Shown piece after piece: positions 28,457-40,184 of a stretch of DNA of 248,000 nt. This stretch comes from Hyalangium minutum. Lineage in GTDB: Bacteria > Myxococcota > Myxococcia > Myxococcales > Myxococcaceae. Under the pieces are notes generated by a model. The model was not told the origin of the DNA. It worked only from the letters and a program-made list of their open reading frames with translations, and did not search any database. The translations under genes and the position numbers were made by a program. How positions within the stretch are numbered: the stretch's first letter is position 1; each line of letters opens with the position of its first letter. Location of the stretch: positions 20,001 to 268,000 of the forward strand of contig NZ_JMCB01000005.1 in the NCBI RefSeq assembly GCF_000737315.1. The letters are read 5' to 3'.

Positions 28457-29695
28457 ATGACGGACGTGGTGCGTCAGCGCAAGGACAGGGCTGAGGAGCT
28501 GCTGGCCTCGGGAGCGGTGGAGGCGGCGCTCGCGGAGTACCAGAAGCTCGCCGAGGAGGTCCCGGAGGACCTGACCAGCCGCCGCAAGGTGGCGGAGCTG
28601 TTCCAGCGGCTCGGCCGCCGCAAGGAGGCCCTGCTCACCTACGAGGCTCTGGCGGATGCCTGGGCCCGGCGCGGCTGGCTGCTGAGGGCCATCGCCCTGT
28701 GCAAGATCATCCTTCAGATCGAGCCTCGCCACGAGCGCACCCAGCGCCTGCTGGCGCAGCTCTACGCCCGCCGGCAGATGCCGCCGTCCCTGCCCGCGCC
28801 CGCGCCGGCCTCGGCGCCCTCGGAGCCCGAGGCCGTGGTGTCCAAGCCGGGCACGGGCAAGGTGCCGCGCTTCCCCGTCTTCTCGCAGCTGGGCGGAGAC
28901 GCCTTCCTGTCGCTCCTCGAGGGCTTGGAGATGCGCTTCTTCCAGCCCGGTGACGTCGTCATCGAGGAGGGCAAGGCCGCCACCTCCATGTTCGTCATCG
29001 TGGAGGGGAGCGTGGAGGTGGTGCAGAAGCAGGGCAAGGGCGGCGACCGCCCGGTGGCGCTCATGGGCGAGGGCAACCTCTTCGGGGAGATGGCGCTCGG
29101 AGGCGAGGCCTGCCGCCACACCCGCATCCAGGCGTATGAGCCCACGGTGGTGCTGGAGCTGACGCGCTCGCGCGTGGAGCAGCTCATCCTCCAGTACCCC
29201 GCGGTGGGGCAGGTGCTGCAGACCTTCTACCGGGAGCGGATGCTCAGCCAGCTGCTGAGCCAGAACCCCCTGTTCCGCTCGCTGTCGCAGGCGCAGCGCG
29301 AGGCCGTGGCGCTCGAGTTCCAGCTCTGCTCCATGCCGGCGGACCGGCCGCTCATCGCCCAGGGCCGCGCGGTGGACGCGCTCTACGTGCTGCTGCGAGG
29401 CTGCTGCCGGGTGACGCACCAGCGCTCCGAGGGCGGCGAGCTCGCCTCCCAGCCGCTCCAGGAGGGCGACATGTTCGGAGAGATCGCCCTGGTGCTCGGC
29501 ACGCAGGCCACGGCCACGGTGACCACGGAGACGCCCTGCACCCTGCTGCGGCTGAGCCGCGATGCGTGCGAGCGGCACCTGCTCCAGCAACCCGGGCTGC
29601 GCGACTACCTCTCGCGCCTGGCCTCCGAGCGCCTCCAGCGCACCGCGAGCCTCATCGCGGGCGAGGCTCCCGAAGAGGACGACGTCTGCATCTGA
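28457..29695 (+). CDS. TPR plus tandem cNMP-binding domain protein
   Basis: Two FGEMAL/FGEIAL motifs. Confidence 0.8.
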   Translation: MTDVVRQRKDRAEELLASGAVEAALAEYQKLAEEVPEDLTSRRKVAELFQRLGRRKEALLTYEALADAWARRGWLLRAIALCKIILQIEPRHERTQRLLAQLYARRQMPPSLPAPAPASAPSEPEAVVSKPGTGKVPRFPVFSQLGGDAFLSLLEGLEMRFFQPGDVVIEEGKAATSMFVIVEGSVEVVQKQGKGGDRPVALMGEGNLFGEMALGGEACRHTRIQAYEPTVVLELTRSRVEQLILQYPAVGQVLQTFYRERMLSQLLSQNPLFRSLSQAQREAVALEFQLCSMPADRPLIAQGRAVDALYVLLRGCCRVTHQRSEGGELASQPLQEGDMFGEIALVLGTQATATVTTETPCTLLRLSRDACERHLLQQPGLRDYLSRLASERLQRTASLIAGEAPEEDDVCI

Positions 29696-29704
29696 GCGGC
29701 CCGC

Positions 29705-30385
29705 TCACTGGGCCTGCTTCTGGAGCTGATCGGGGTGGACCAGGGTGATTTGGCCCCCCTCGTAGGAGAGCAGGCCCTCACGGACGAAGAAGCGCAGCCA
29801 CTTGTTGGTGCTCTCGCGGGTGAGGCCGCACAGGTTGGCCAGCTCCACCTGCGTGAGCTTCTGGGAGATGACCACGCCGTCGGGGCCCAGCTGGCCCTGG
29901 CTCCGGGCCAGCTCGAGCAGCACGCGGATCAGCCGGGTGCGCGCATCCAGGAACGTCGCGTCGTGGACCAGCTGCGTCACCCGCCGCACCAGCAGGCTCA
30001 TGGACGCCAGCAGCCCTCGGGCCACCCGGGGCGAGCTGTCCAGGTACTGGTGGAAGCTCTCCCGCTGTAGGCACAGCAGCTCCGTCTCCTTCCGGGCCAC
30101 GGCGTCCGTCGAGCGGGGCTCGCCGTCCAGCAGCGCCAGCTCTCCGAAGAAGTCACCGCGCTCCAGCAGGGCCAGCGTCACCTCTTTGCCGTCCAGAGAG
30201 CTGAGGCGGATGGCCACCTGCCCCTTGCGGATGATGAAGAGCGCGGTACCTACATCTCCCTGATGGAAGATGACCTCTCCCCGGGGGTAGCGTCGGGCCT
30301 GCAGCAGGCCGGACAGGTGCTTGAGCTCCCCCTCCGCGAGGTGCTCGAATATGGGAACCTTGGCCAGCAGCTGCGTGTACGACAC
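29705..30385 (-). CDS. Crp/Fnr family regulator
   Basis: FGELALL, PRST, HTH GLTRES. Confidence 0.9.
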   Translation of the reverse strand: MSYTQLLAKVPIFEHLAEGELKHLSGLLQARRYPRGEVIFHQGDVGTALFIIRKGQVAIRLSSLDGKEVTLALLERGDFFGELALLDGEPRSTDAVARKETELLCLQRESFHQYLDSSPRVARGLLASMSLLVRRVTQLVHDATFLDARTRLIRVLLELARSQGQLGPDGVVISQKLTQVELANLCGLTRESTNKWLRFFVREGLLSYEGGQITLVHPDQLQKQAQ

Positions 30386-30588
30386 CGGGCCTCCTCACCA
30401 GGGAGGGCTGTAGGATAGCGGGTAATTCGCGTTTTGCTGCAACGGACCTGGAGGGTAGGGTAGATTGAGCAGGCGGGGAAGGGAGCGGCCGCCGAGGGGC
30501 CCGACGTGCTGCCATGGAGTAGGGCGGGCAAATGTGCTCGAGGTGGCAGCGCCACGAGCTGGGTAAGCGTGATACACACAAGGCTGAT

Positions 30589-32157
30589 ATGCACGCAGCG
30601 CTCGAAGTCCTTCTCGCCGATGGCGTGATCGATGAAGTCACCGCCCGCCTCAAGAGCGGCAAAGAGGCGGACGTGTACATCGTCGTTCACGGCGGCCAGT
30701 ACGTGGCGGCGAAAATCTACAAGGAGCGCACCCAGCGCAACTTCAAGAACAACGCCGGCTACAAGGAAGGGCGCCTGGTCCGCAACAGCCGCACGCGGCG
30801 GGCGATGGAGAAGGGCAGCCGCTTCGGCCAGGAGGCCGAGGAAGAGGCGTGGAAGACGGCCGAGGCGGAGACGCTCGGCAAGCTGCACACCGCCGGGGTG
30901 CGGGTGCCCTCGCCGGTGATGTTCTACGAGGGCGTGCTGTTGATGGAGCTGGTGGTGGACGCCGAGGGCCAGCCCGCGCCGCGCTTGATTGACGCGCTGC
31001 TCACGCCAGAGCTGGCGGCGGAGTTCTACCGGGACCTGCGCCAGCAGGCGGTGAAGATCCTCTGCGCCGATCTGATCCACGGCGACCTGAGCGCGTACAA
31101 CATCCTGCTCGGGGCAGCCGGCCCCACCATCATCGACTTTCCGCAGACGGTGTCGGCGGCGGCCAACAGCCGTGCGGAGTTCTTCTTCAAGCGGGACCTG
31201 GACAACCTGCAGCTCTTCTTCGCGGGCTATGACCCGGGGCTGATGGGGCGCGCGGGGGATTCTTCGGAGATCTGGCGGGCCTACGTGCGGCGTGAGCTGA
31301 CGCCGGACTTCGAGCCGTCGGGCCGAGGCGCACCGGATGGCCGGGGCCCGCGGCACGGCTCCCGTCAGGGAGGTCGGCCTCAGGGTGAAGGGGGACGCTC
31401 GTTCCCGCCGAGAGACCGTTCACCCGCGCCGGTGCAAGAGGCGCGCGAGGCCCCAGCTCCCGCGGTGGAGGAGGACGAGTTCGCGATCCTGCGCCAGGGT
31501 GGCGGCGAGCGGCCCAAGGTGGCCCAGCTCGCGAAGGCCGCCCGGGGCGGAGATCGTCCGCACCACCGGGGCGGTTCGAGAGGCGGTTCTCAGGGCGGTG
31601 GCCGGCGAGGTCCTCCAACGGGCGGGGCTCCTCGCCAGGGGAACGGGCAGTCTCGGCCGCACGGTGATCGTCCTCAGGGCGGCGGGCGTCCCTCGAAGCC
31701 GCCCCAGGGTGCGCAGACTCAGCACGGTGGCGGAGGCTCGGGGCAGACGAATGGTGCACACGCCTCGCACGGCGCTGGAGGTTCGGGACAGCCGAACGGC
31801 ACCCGCGTCTCACACGGCGGCGGTGGCTCCGGCCATTCGCACGGGGCGCGCGCTCAGCACGGAGGCGGCGGGCAGGGAGCGCCGCATCACCGGCGAGGCC
31901 CTCACGGAGGAGGAGGGCACGGCGCGCCTCGCGGCGGCAATGCTCCCCACGCTTCGGGTGGAAGTGCCCCGCATTCCGCGCAGGCCGGAGGCCGTCCTCA
32001 GCAGCACGGGCACCAGGGCGGTCGCGGTGGTGATCGGCCCCAGGGCACGCGTCAACCGCGCCAGGGTCGGCGGGGGGCTGCTGCGCCTGTGGTCTCCTAT
32101 GTGTCCCGCGGCACCGCTTCGGAGCCGGGGACGGGTGGCTCTCCCGAGGAGTCCTGA
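30589..32157 (+). CDS. RIO1 family Ser/Thr kinase with long Gly/Arg/His-rich tail
   Basis: SGKEADVY, IHGDLSAYNIL, IIDFPQ. Confidence 0.88.
   Translation: MHAALEVLLADGVIDEVTARLKSGKEADVYIVVHGGQYVAAKIYKERTQRNFKNNAGYKEGRLVRNSRTRRAMEKGSRFGQEAEEEAWKTAEAETLGKLHTAGVRVPSPVMFYEGVLLMELVVDAEGQPAPRLIDALLTPELAAEFYRDLRQQAVKILCADLIHGDLSAYNILLGAAGPTIIDFPQTVSAAANSRAEFFFKRDLDNLQLFFAGYDPGLMGRAGDSSEIWRAYVRRELTPDFEPSGRGAPDGRGPRHGSRQGGRPQGEGGRSFPPRDRSPAPVQEAREAPAPAVEEDEFAILRQGGGERPKVAQLAKAARGGDRPHHRGGSRGGSQGGGRRGPPTGGAPRQGNGQSRPHGDRPQGGGRPSKPPQGAQTQHGGGGSGQTNGAHASHGAGGSGQPNGTRVSHGGGGSGHSHGARAQHGGGGQGAPHHRRGPHGGGGHGAPRGGNAPHASGGSAPHSAQAGGRPQQHGHQGGRGGDRPQGTRQPRQGRRGAAAPVVSYVSRGTASEPGTGGSPEES
31723..31880 (+). repeat. 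45-bp coding tandem repeat (3.5 units, HGxGGSG...)
   Basis: CAC codons at 31723, 31768, 31813 and 31858. Confidence 0.8.
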
Positions 32158-32185
32158 GCCGCCCGCGGTCCGCTGAGGAGGCGTC

Positions 32186-32857
32186 TCAGTCCATCACCAC
32201 CAGCGCATCGGTGAGCTCGTTGCGATTCTGCGCCTGGGCGGGCAGCGCCTCGGCGAGAGCGGCGCCCGCCTGCTCAATGGTGTGGCAGAGCGCGTCCGTA
32301 TAGCTGCCCTTCTTCAGCTCCGAGACGAGGCTGGCGCACAGCGCATCCAGCTTGGGCTGTCCCAGCTTCTCCAGCACTTGGGCATCCGCGAGCACCACGG
32401 CCATGCGCTCGAGCATGCTGACGTAGACGAGCAAGCCGCTGCCGGCGTCAGTGTGGTGGATGCGGCGATCGAAGAAGGCCTGCCGGGCGGCGCGTTCCAC
32501 CTCGGCCTTCTGCTCGCTGCGCGGGGTGAACAGGAGCCGCAGGCTGCCGGACAGGTGCGCCAGGACCACGCCCAGCACCCAGCCGCCGAGCACCAGGCCC
32601 ACCACCGGCAGCAGTCCGAGCCGGGGACGGGGCACGCCCCATTCGGAGGGCTCGACCCCCTGCAGCAGCCACCAGCCCACGCAGAGGGTGATGAGCCCGA
32701 ACCAGAGCCCGACCATGTCTTCGGCGCGGTCATACCGGCCGCTGGAGCTGGCGATGACCGGGACGATCTCCGCGGAGGAGCGGGCCTCTGCCCGGGCGAC
32801 GGCCTCGGTGACACGCCGGTGATCCGCTTCAGTAAAGAGCGTGGATGCGCGCTTCAT
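32186..32857 (-). CDS. TPM domain membrane protein
   Basis: AEIVPV, GLLVYVSMLER, NELTD. Confidence 0.8.
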   Translation of the reverse strand: MKRASTLFTEADHRRVTEAVARAEARSSAEIVPVIASSSGRYDRAEDMVGLWFGLITLCVGWWLLQGVEPSEWGVPRPRLGLLPVVGLVLGGWVLGVVLAHLSGSLRLLFTPRSEQKAEVERAARQAFFDRRIHHTDAGSGLLVYVSMLERMAVVLADAQVLEKLGQPKLDALCASLVSELKKGSYTDALCHTIEQAGAALAEALPAQAQNRNELTDALVVMD

Positions 32858-32866
32858 GGCCCCTCC

Positions 32867-33679
32867 CTACCAGGACCCCGTGGCGCCGCCGCCACGTGAT
32901 GAGCTTCCACCTCCGCTGCTCCACGAGCTGCTGCTGCTCGAGGAACTGCTGGAGTGAGAGTGTCCCCAGCCATGGTGGTGGTGATGGCGACGCCTGGGCG
33001 ACAGTAGCGCGCCCAGGATGGCCCACAGCGCGCTGAAGACGATGCTCCAGAAGCCCCAGGCGTAGCCTTGTGTGCCGCTGCGCAGCAGCGAGATGAGCGT
33101 GAAGAGGCCCAGCGCTCCGCCCCCGGCGTAGCCCAGCATTCGTTCCTGGGACATGGGCGCTCGGGGAAGCTCCTGGCCGCGGACCATGAGATCCAGCGCG
33201 GAGGCCCCCAGGACCAGGCCGGACGAATGGCGCTCCTTCTTGAATGCGGGGATGAGGTGGTCCTGCAGGATGCTCCAGCAGGAGGCGTCCTTCTCCTGGC
33301 CCCAGCCGGGGCCCATCTCGATGCGGGCCTTCCGGTCGAGCTTGCTCACCAGCAGGAGGACCCCCTTGCTGTCCTCGGGGCTCACGGCGCCGGAGACGCC
33401 AATGCCCCACTCGCGGAACAACTGGGAGGCAAAGTCCTCGATGCTCATCCGCGCCCCGCCGTACCTCGCCATCGTGTCGATGGTCACGACGAACAGAGGA
33501 ATCTCCTGCTCTGTCCACAGTCGCTCGGCCGTGGCCTGGATCTCTTGTGCGTCCTCAGGGCGGATGACCGACGCTAGATCCACGACGTACTGCCCGGTGG
33601 GGGGCGCCGGGGGAAGATGGAGTGCCGCGTGGGCGGGCATGGCCAGCAGCAGCGCTGCCAGCAGAGCCAGGGTCTTCAC
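32867..33679 (-). CDS. TPM domain protein with Gly/Ser-rich tail
   Basis: YVVDLA, WGIG, GVLLLV, GGGATGSW. Confidence 0.82.
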   Translation of the reverse strand: MKTLALLAALLLAMPAHAALHLPPAPPTGQYVVDLASVIRPEDAQEIQATAERLWTEQEIPLFVVTIDTMARYGGARMSIEDFASQLFREWGIGVSGAVSPEDSKGVLLLVSKLDRKARIEMGPGWGQEKDASCWSILQDHLIPAFKKERHSSGLVLGASALDLMVRGQELPRAPMSQERMLGYAGGGALGLFTLISLLRSGTQGYAWGFWSIVFSALWAILGALLSPRRRHHHHHGWGHSHSSSSSSSSSSWSSGGGSSSRGGGATGSW

Positions 33680-33732
33680 CAGGAGCCTCCGGAGAGCACC
33701 ACGAGCGGGCCAGATGTTGGCCCTGCGACACT

Positions 33733-35985
33733 CTACACCGCCGGAGGTCCAGGCGGTGTCTCCGAGGTCCTGCGAGGGAGGCTCACCGTGAACAGCGCTC
33801 CCTGGCCGGGCGCGCTCTCCACCTGGATGGTGCCGCGCATCGCCTCGACGATGGTGCGGGTGATGTAGAGGCCCAGGCCCAGGCCTCCATAATGGCGCTC
33901 GGACACGGCGCGCTCGAAGCGGTCGAAGATACGCTTCAGGTGCTCGGGCGCGATGCCGATGCCCTCGTCCTTCACGCGCAGCACGGCGCGGTGTTGATCG
34001 GCCTCCAGGGTGACATGGAAGGGCTTGCCGGCGCCGTACTTGATGGCGTTGTCGACCAGGTTGGTGATGACCTGCTCCAACCGGAGCCGATCCCAGCGGC
34101 CCGTCACAGCCTCGGGCGCCGCCTTCAGCACGAGCTTCGAGCCCACCCGCACGGCCTCGGGCTCGTAGCGCGCCACCACCTCGCGGACGAGCGCCCCCAG
34201 CTCCACCTCCTCGAGCTCCAGCCGCAGCCGCCCGCCGACGATGCGGGACACGTCGAGCAGATCACTCACGAGCTCGGACAGCTTCTTCACCTGCCGGGAA
34301 CCTACGGCGATGTAGTCCTCCACCGCGTGGCGGAGGGGCGAGTCCGGCTGCCGCCGCACCTCACGCATGAGCATCTGCAGCTTCAGGCTCAGGGGGGTGA
34401 GGGGCGTCTTCAGCTCATGGCTGGCGATGGAGAGGAACTCATCGCGCAGGCGGATGGCATCCTGGGCCTCCCGGTAGAGCCGGGCGTTCTCGACGGAGAG
34501 GGCGGCGCGCCGCGCGAGCTCCCCCAGCACGGTGAGCTCCGCGGGCGTGTAGCGCCGGCCGGAGTGGGACATGGAGAAGGTGAGCACCCCGAGCGTTCGC
34601 CCACGCGCCACCAAGGGCGCCGAGATCAGCGAGCGGATGCGCGTAGCGGCCAGCTGTTTTGCATGGGCCTCGTTCAGCGCGATCTCTTGAGGCGAGAGGT
34701 CCGCGAGGAGGACCGGCCGGCCTTCGGTAATGGCCTGAATGACGGGGTACCGGGGGTTGCCGTCCCGGGTGACGATGGTGCACCGGATTTCTTGTGCGAG
34801 CGCATCATCCTCGGGATCCGTGCACACGGCCTCGACCCGCTTGAACGAGCCATCCGCCTGCATCAGGTCCACCAGGCACCAGTCCGCGAGCGACGGCACG
34901 GCGAGCCGGGCCACGTTGCGCAGGGTGGCCTCGTAGTCCAGGGACGAAGCCAGCACGGCGCTCGCCTCGGAGAGGAAGCGCGCGTTCGACTCGGCGCGCT
35001 TGAGCTCCTCCTCGGCATGGCGCTGCTCCGTCACGTCCCGCTGGGTGCCCCAGGCGCCCAGCAGCAGCCCATCGCGGACGATGCCCACCAGGTTGTTGAG
35101 GAAGACCTTGGGCGTGCCGTCGTGGGCCAGCTCCCGCGACTCCGCGTCCTCGATGCGGTAGCCGTTCTGGAGGAAGCCCCGGAGGTACTCGAGATTGCGG
35201 GGATCCTCGCGGACGAGCAGCGCGTCCAGCCGCGTGCCGATGAGCTCCGTGGCGCTGTGGAAGCCGTACATCCGGGCCATGGCGTCATTGCACTCGGCGA
35301 TGTGCGTATTCCGGAAGACGAGGTCGAGCTGCTCGTCCACTGGCACCGTGGTGGGAATGGGAGGGCATACGTCCACACGGTAGATGCCCTCGGTGCTCTT
35401 GGTGACGAAGGCCCGGTAGCGCTCCTCGCTGCGCTTCAGCTCGGCGGCCAGCGCCTCCGCCTGCTGGCGCGCGCGGACGATGGCCGTGACTTCGAAGCCG
35501 AAGCTGGCGATTCCGTCCACGTTGCCCTGGGCGTCTCGCGTGGGCTGATAGATGAAGTTGACGAAGCGCTCGCTCTGCGAGCCGTCGGGATGGGTCACCT
35601 TGACGGGCATCTGCTCCGCGGAGAAGGGCTTGCCTGTCGAATAGACCTGATCCAGGAGCGCGACGAAGCCCTGAAACACGGCTCCGGGCAGGGCCTCGTG
35701 GAAGGGCTTGCCCAGGAGCTCCCGGTGGCCCAGCGCCTCGGTGTTCCTCGGATTGGAGAGCACGTAGACGTGCTGGGGGCCACGGAACAGGGCGATGAAG
35801 GCAGGTGCCTCCATGATCAGGTTTTCGAGGCGGACTCGCTCGGCCGCTGCTTCGCGGCGGGCCTGGCGCTCGCGTTCCAGCAGAACGGCCTGCTCCTCGG
35901 GACTCGGGGGCTGCGGGGGATCACGCGTCGGCACGGAGGGGCTCCCTCCGGCGGGCATAGCACCCATGCCCGCGGCCCATGTCAC
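33733..35985 (-). CDS. PAS/GAF sensor histidine kinase
   Basis: SHELKTPL, NLVDNAIKY, GLGLGL. Confidence 0.9.
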   Translation of the reverse strand: MTWAAGMGAMPAGGSPSVPTRDPPQPPSPEEQAVLLERERQARREAAAERVRLENLIMEAPAFIALFRGPQHVYVLSNPRNTEALGHRELLGKPFHEALPGAVFQGFVALLDQVYSTGKPFSAEQMPVKVTHPDGSQSERFVNFIYQPTRDAQGNVDGIASFGFEVTAIVRARQQAEALAAELKRSEERYRAFVTKSTEGIYRVDVCPPIPTTVPVDEQLDLVFRNTHIAECNDAMARMYGFHSATELIGTRLDALLVREDPRNLEYLRGFLQNGYRIEDAESRELAHDGTPKVFLNNLVGIVRDGLLLGAWGTQRDVTEQRHAEEELKRAESNARFLSEASAVLASSLDYEATLRNVARLAVPSLADWCLVDLMQADGSFKRVEAVCTDPEDDALAQEIRCTIVTRDGNPRYPVIQAITEGRPVLLADLSPQEIALNEAHAKQLAATRIRSLISAPLVARGRTLGVLTFSMSHSGRRYTPAELTVLGELARRAALSVENARLYREAQDAIRLRDEFLSIASHELKTPLTPLSLKLQMLMREVRRQPDSPLRHAVEDYIAVGSRQVKKLSELVSDLLDVSRIVGGRLRLELEEVELGALVREVVARYEPEAVRVGSKLVLKAAPEAVTGRWDRLRLEQVITNLVDNAIKYGAGKPFHVTLEADQHRAVLRVKDEGIGIAPEHLKRIFDRFERAVSERHYGGLGLGLYITRTIVEAMRGTIQVESAPGQGALFTVSLPRRTSETPPGPPAV

Positions 35986-36013
35986 CCAATTGGGGAGTCC
36001 TACGGATTCTCAA

Positions 36014-38113
36014 CTACTTGCGCAGGAGGGTGCCCTCGAGGAAGAAGGCAGCGCACGCGGCGACGATGAGCCATGTCCACAAAGGCACTTTGGGGCGCTC
36101 CGCGTCGCTGCTGGAGGCCTTCACGGTCTCCTCGCCGAAGTAGGCCGTGAGGGTATCTGTCGGGACCCGCGTCAAATCACTCTCGGCCGGATCCAGCGTC
36201 ACCGGGAAGTCGAGCGCCTGGAGCGGCTTACCCTCGGCGCCCAGCACGGCATGCAAGCCCGGCTCGTTCAGAGGTCCTGCCACGAGGCTGCCATCCGGCT
36301 GCGCCTTTACCGGGAGCTCAGTCCCATCCGGCGTACGGACAGCGGTGACGGTCTGGCCCGTCTCGGGCCGCATCGTCACGGACTCACCCACGCGCACGCG
36401 CTGCTCGGCGCGCTCCTCGAGCGAGCCGGTGAGGTACGCGGCGAAGCGCTGCATGAGCGGGAGGAAGCTGGTGCGGATGGCGAAGTCGCTCCAGTCGCGA
36501 TCCACGGTGCTGGTGAAGACGGCCACGCGGCCCTTCCCCCGGCGGGCCACGGCCACCGCGGGAGCCCCATCCTCATAGGTGGCCAGCACCTGGCTGGTGC
36601 CAGCGGCCGCGGGGTTGTCCGCCTCCAGGAGCATGTACTTGTAGAAGCGGGCGCCAATGAGGCCCTCCTCGGCGCGGCCGGTGAAGGGCGAGAACAGGGG
36701 GTGCTCCACCTGCACCTGCGCCAGCTTCGCGGACTGGGTCTCCGCGTCGGGGTCTTCGCGCTCCACGCTGGTGCGCACCAGGCGCAGTGGCCGGGGCAGC
36801 AGCGCACCGAGCCGCGAGTTGTACGCGTCCGGGTCCACCCGGTCGCCCATGCTCACGAAGAGGCCGCCGCCCGCGTTCACGAAGGCGTTGAGCCGCTCCG
36901 CGTCCTCCTTGCTCGGGGCGGGCACGTTGAGCATCAGCACCAAATCGTAGGCGGAGAAGTTCTCCCTCAAACCTGCCTCCGTGTCGCGCACGGCCACCTC
37001 CACGGGAGAGCCCGGGGCGGACAGGGCCGCCTCCACGAAGAAGGCCTCGTCCCGGTAGCGCGTGGCGTGCGGCGAGCCGTTGATGACCAGGGCCTTGAGC
37101 GCGCGCGGCACCGGCAGTACGAAGGCGCGCCGGTCGTCCTCGGGGAGCTCGTCCGGCGCGAGCGTCACCGAGCCCTGCGCCGTGCCACCCCGGGCGAAGC
37201 GCACCGTGAGCGTCTTCTGCGCGGTGCCGTTGGCGGGCACGTCCACGAAGCCCTTGGCGAGCGTGGACTCGCCCTCGCGCACGGCCGCCTCCAGGTCCTT
37301 CAGCGCCTCCGGGCCGTAGTTCTTCACCGTGAAGGTGAACTGGAAAGCACGGGGTCCGGCCTGCAGCGCGGGCTCGATCTTGAGGTCAACCAGCGCGTGG
37401 TTGGGCAGCACGTCCTGGCCGGACACCACGTCACGCAGCACCACCTCGGGCCGCACCAGCTTGCCGGTGGGGTCCTTCACGGTGGGCGGCGGGGCCTCCA
37501 GCCGGAACGCCGTGGCGGTCATGTCGGAGATGAGCACCAGCCGCTTGCCGGGCGTGGGGTTCTCCTCCAATGCGCGCGCGGCCATGTCCATGCAGCGCGA
37601 CAGGTCCGCGGTGCCATAGGTGGGCTTGGCCTCGTCGATGAGCGCCCGGAGCCGCGCGCGATCGAAGCCGAGCGGAGGCGGCGCGGTGGGCGTGCTCGTG
37701 CACACCAGCACCGTGGAGGGCTCATCGGCCTGCAGGTCCTTCAGCGCATCCCGCGCCTCATCCCGGCCGCGCTCGAAGAGCGAGGAGTCCTTGCCCCACC
37801 GCATGGAGAGCGAGGCATCCAGCACCACGGCGGTGGCGGCGGGGCCCTTGGCGACAGCCGCGGCCTGGGCATCCTGTCGCAGCTCGGGCCGGGCCAGCGC
37901 GATGGGGATGGCCAGGAGGATGAGGGTGCGGAGGATATAGAGGAGGAGCCGCTTGAGCTTGAGCCGGCTGGCCGTGCGCTTCTGGCTGCGCAGCACGAAG
38001 GCCATGGGCGGGAACGGATGGGGCCGGGGCCGCCGCCGGTCGAACAGGTGCACCAGCAGGGGGATGAAGGCGCCGAGCGCGCCCCACAGCATCCACGGAT
38101 TGCCGAAGATCAC
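36014..38113 (-). CDS. BatA/VWA domain membrane protein
   Basis: IFGNPW, PLLVHL, DASLSM; GTG start 38113. Confidence 0.82.
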   Translation of the reverse strand: MIFGNPWMLWGALGAFIPLLVHLFDRRRPRPHPFPPMAFVLRSQKRTASRLKLKRLLLYILRTLILLAIPIALARPELRQDAQAAAVAKGPAATAVVLDASLSMRWGKDSSLFERGRDEARDALKDLQADEPSTVLVCTSTPTAPPPLGFDRARLRALIDEAKPTYGTADLSRCMDMAARALEENPTPGKRLVLISDMTATAFRLEAPPPTVKDPTGKLVRPEVVLRDVVSGQDVLPNHALVDLKIEPALQAGPRAFQFTFTVKNYGPEALKDLEAAVREGESTLAKGFVDVPANGTAQKTLTVRFARGGTAQGSVTLAPDELPEDDRRAFVLPVPRALKALVINGSPHATRYRDEAFFVEAALSAPGSPVEVAVRDTEAGLRENFSAYDLVLMLNVPAPSKEDAERLNAFVNAGGGLFVSMGDRVDPDAYNSRLGALLPRPLRLVRTSVEREDPDAETQSAKLAQVQVEHPLFSPFTGRAEEGLIGARFYKYMLLEADNPAAAGTSQVLATYEDGAPAVAVARRGKGRVAVFTSTVDRDWSDFAIRTSFLPLMQRFAAYLTGSLEERAEQRVRVGESVTMRPETGQTVTAVRTPDGTELPVKAQPDGSLVAGPLNEPGLHAVLGAEGKPLQALDFPVTLDPAESDLTRVPTDTLTAYFGEETVKASSSDAERPKVPLWTWLIVAACAAFFLEGTLLRK

Positions 38114-38991
38114 CGACGCCTCCCGCGCCGCCCGAGGAACCGCAGCAGCACCTCGTCCAGCCGCTCGTCCGTGCGCACCAGCTCGTAGTCCACGTCCGCC
38201 TCGGCGCACGCGGACTTCACGTTGGCCAGGAAGGCGCCGAACTCTTCCAGGTAGCTCTCCTTGATTTCGCGCGGGTTCACCTCGACGCGCGCATCCCCCT
38301 CCATGTCGAGGAAGAGGGTGGGATCATCGAAGGGGAAGGTGAGCTCGGCGGGATCCACCACGTGGAAGAGCACCACGTCGTTCTTGCGCTGGCGCAGGGC
38401 GAGGATGCGCTTGAGCGCGTCCTGGTTCTCGTCCAGTAGGTCCGAGAGGACGATGACGGTGGAGCGGCGCGGGAGCACCTCGGCGAGGTGATCCGCGGCG
38501 CTGACCAGGTTCGTCGTTCCCTGGGCCTGGGTGCGCTCCAGCGTGTCCAGCAGCACGTTCAGGTGCCCGGCGGAGGCGCGCGGCGGCACGTCCTTGAACG
38601 CATTGCCCACCATGACCGCGAGCCCGGCGGCATCCTGCTGGCGCACGAGCAGGTAGCACAGCGCTCCGGCGAGGATGTTGGCGACCTCGAGCTTGGAGAG
38701 CGCGCCGCTGCGGTAGCCCATGGAGGCGGACGCATCCACCACCATGACCGAGCGCAGGTTCGTCTCATGCTCGAAGCGCTTGATGTAGTACTTGTCGAAC
38801 TTGCCGTAGGCCTTCCAGTCCAGGTGGCGCAGCTCGTCGCCGGGGGCGTACTCCTTGTGCTCGGCAAACTCCACGCTCTGGCCCTGGTGGGGGCTCTTGT
38901 GGAGGCCGGAGAGCACGCCCTCCATGACCGCGCGGGCGCGCAGCTTCACTCCCTGCAACCGGGACAGCGTCTGGGCGTCGAGCAGCGCCAT
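38110..38991 (-). CDS. DUF58 domain protein
   Basis: EFAEHKEYAPGDELRHLDW. Confidence 0.9.
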   Translation of the reverse strand: MALLDAQTLSRLQGVKLRARAVMEGVLSGLHKSPHQGQSVEFAEHKEYAPGDELRHLDWKAYGKFDKYYIKRFEHETNLRSVMVVDASASMGYRSGALSKLEVANILAGALCYLLVRQQDAAGLAVMVGNAFKDVPPRASAGHLNVLLDTLERTQAQGTTNLVSAADHLAEVLPRRSTVIVLSDLLDENQDALKRILALRQRKNDVVLFHVVDPAELTFPFDDPTLFLDMEGDARVEVNPREIKESYLEEFGAFLANVKSACAEADVDYELVRTDERLDEVLLRFLGRRGRRR

Positions 38992-39003
38992 GGAACCCCG
39001 CGG

Positions 39004-40035
<1,032 letters not shown>

Positions 40036-40184
40036 AAGGGGGTTCTCTTAACCTTGGAGGGGCGCGGGGACCATCGGTTTCCGCAGCTCCTGTCCGTGGC
40101 GGACGTAGCGAGGCAACCCTTGAAGGGCGCGCCTATTCCGTCCCTCCTGCTGGGTAGGAGCGCGCCGCGAGCTCGGGTGCCTGC

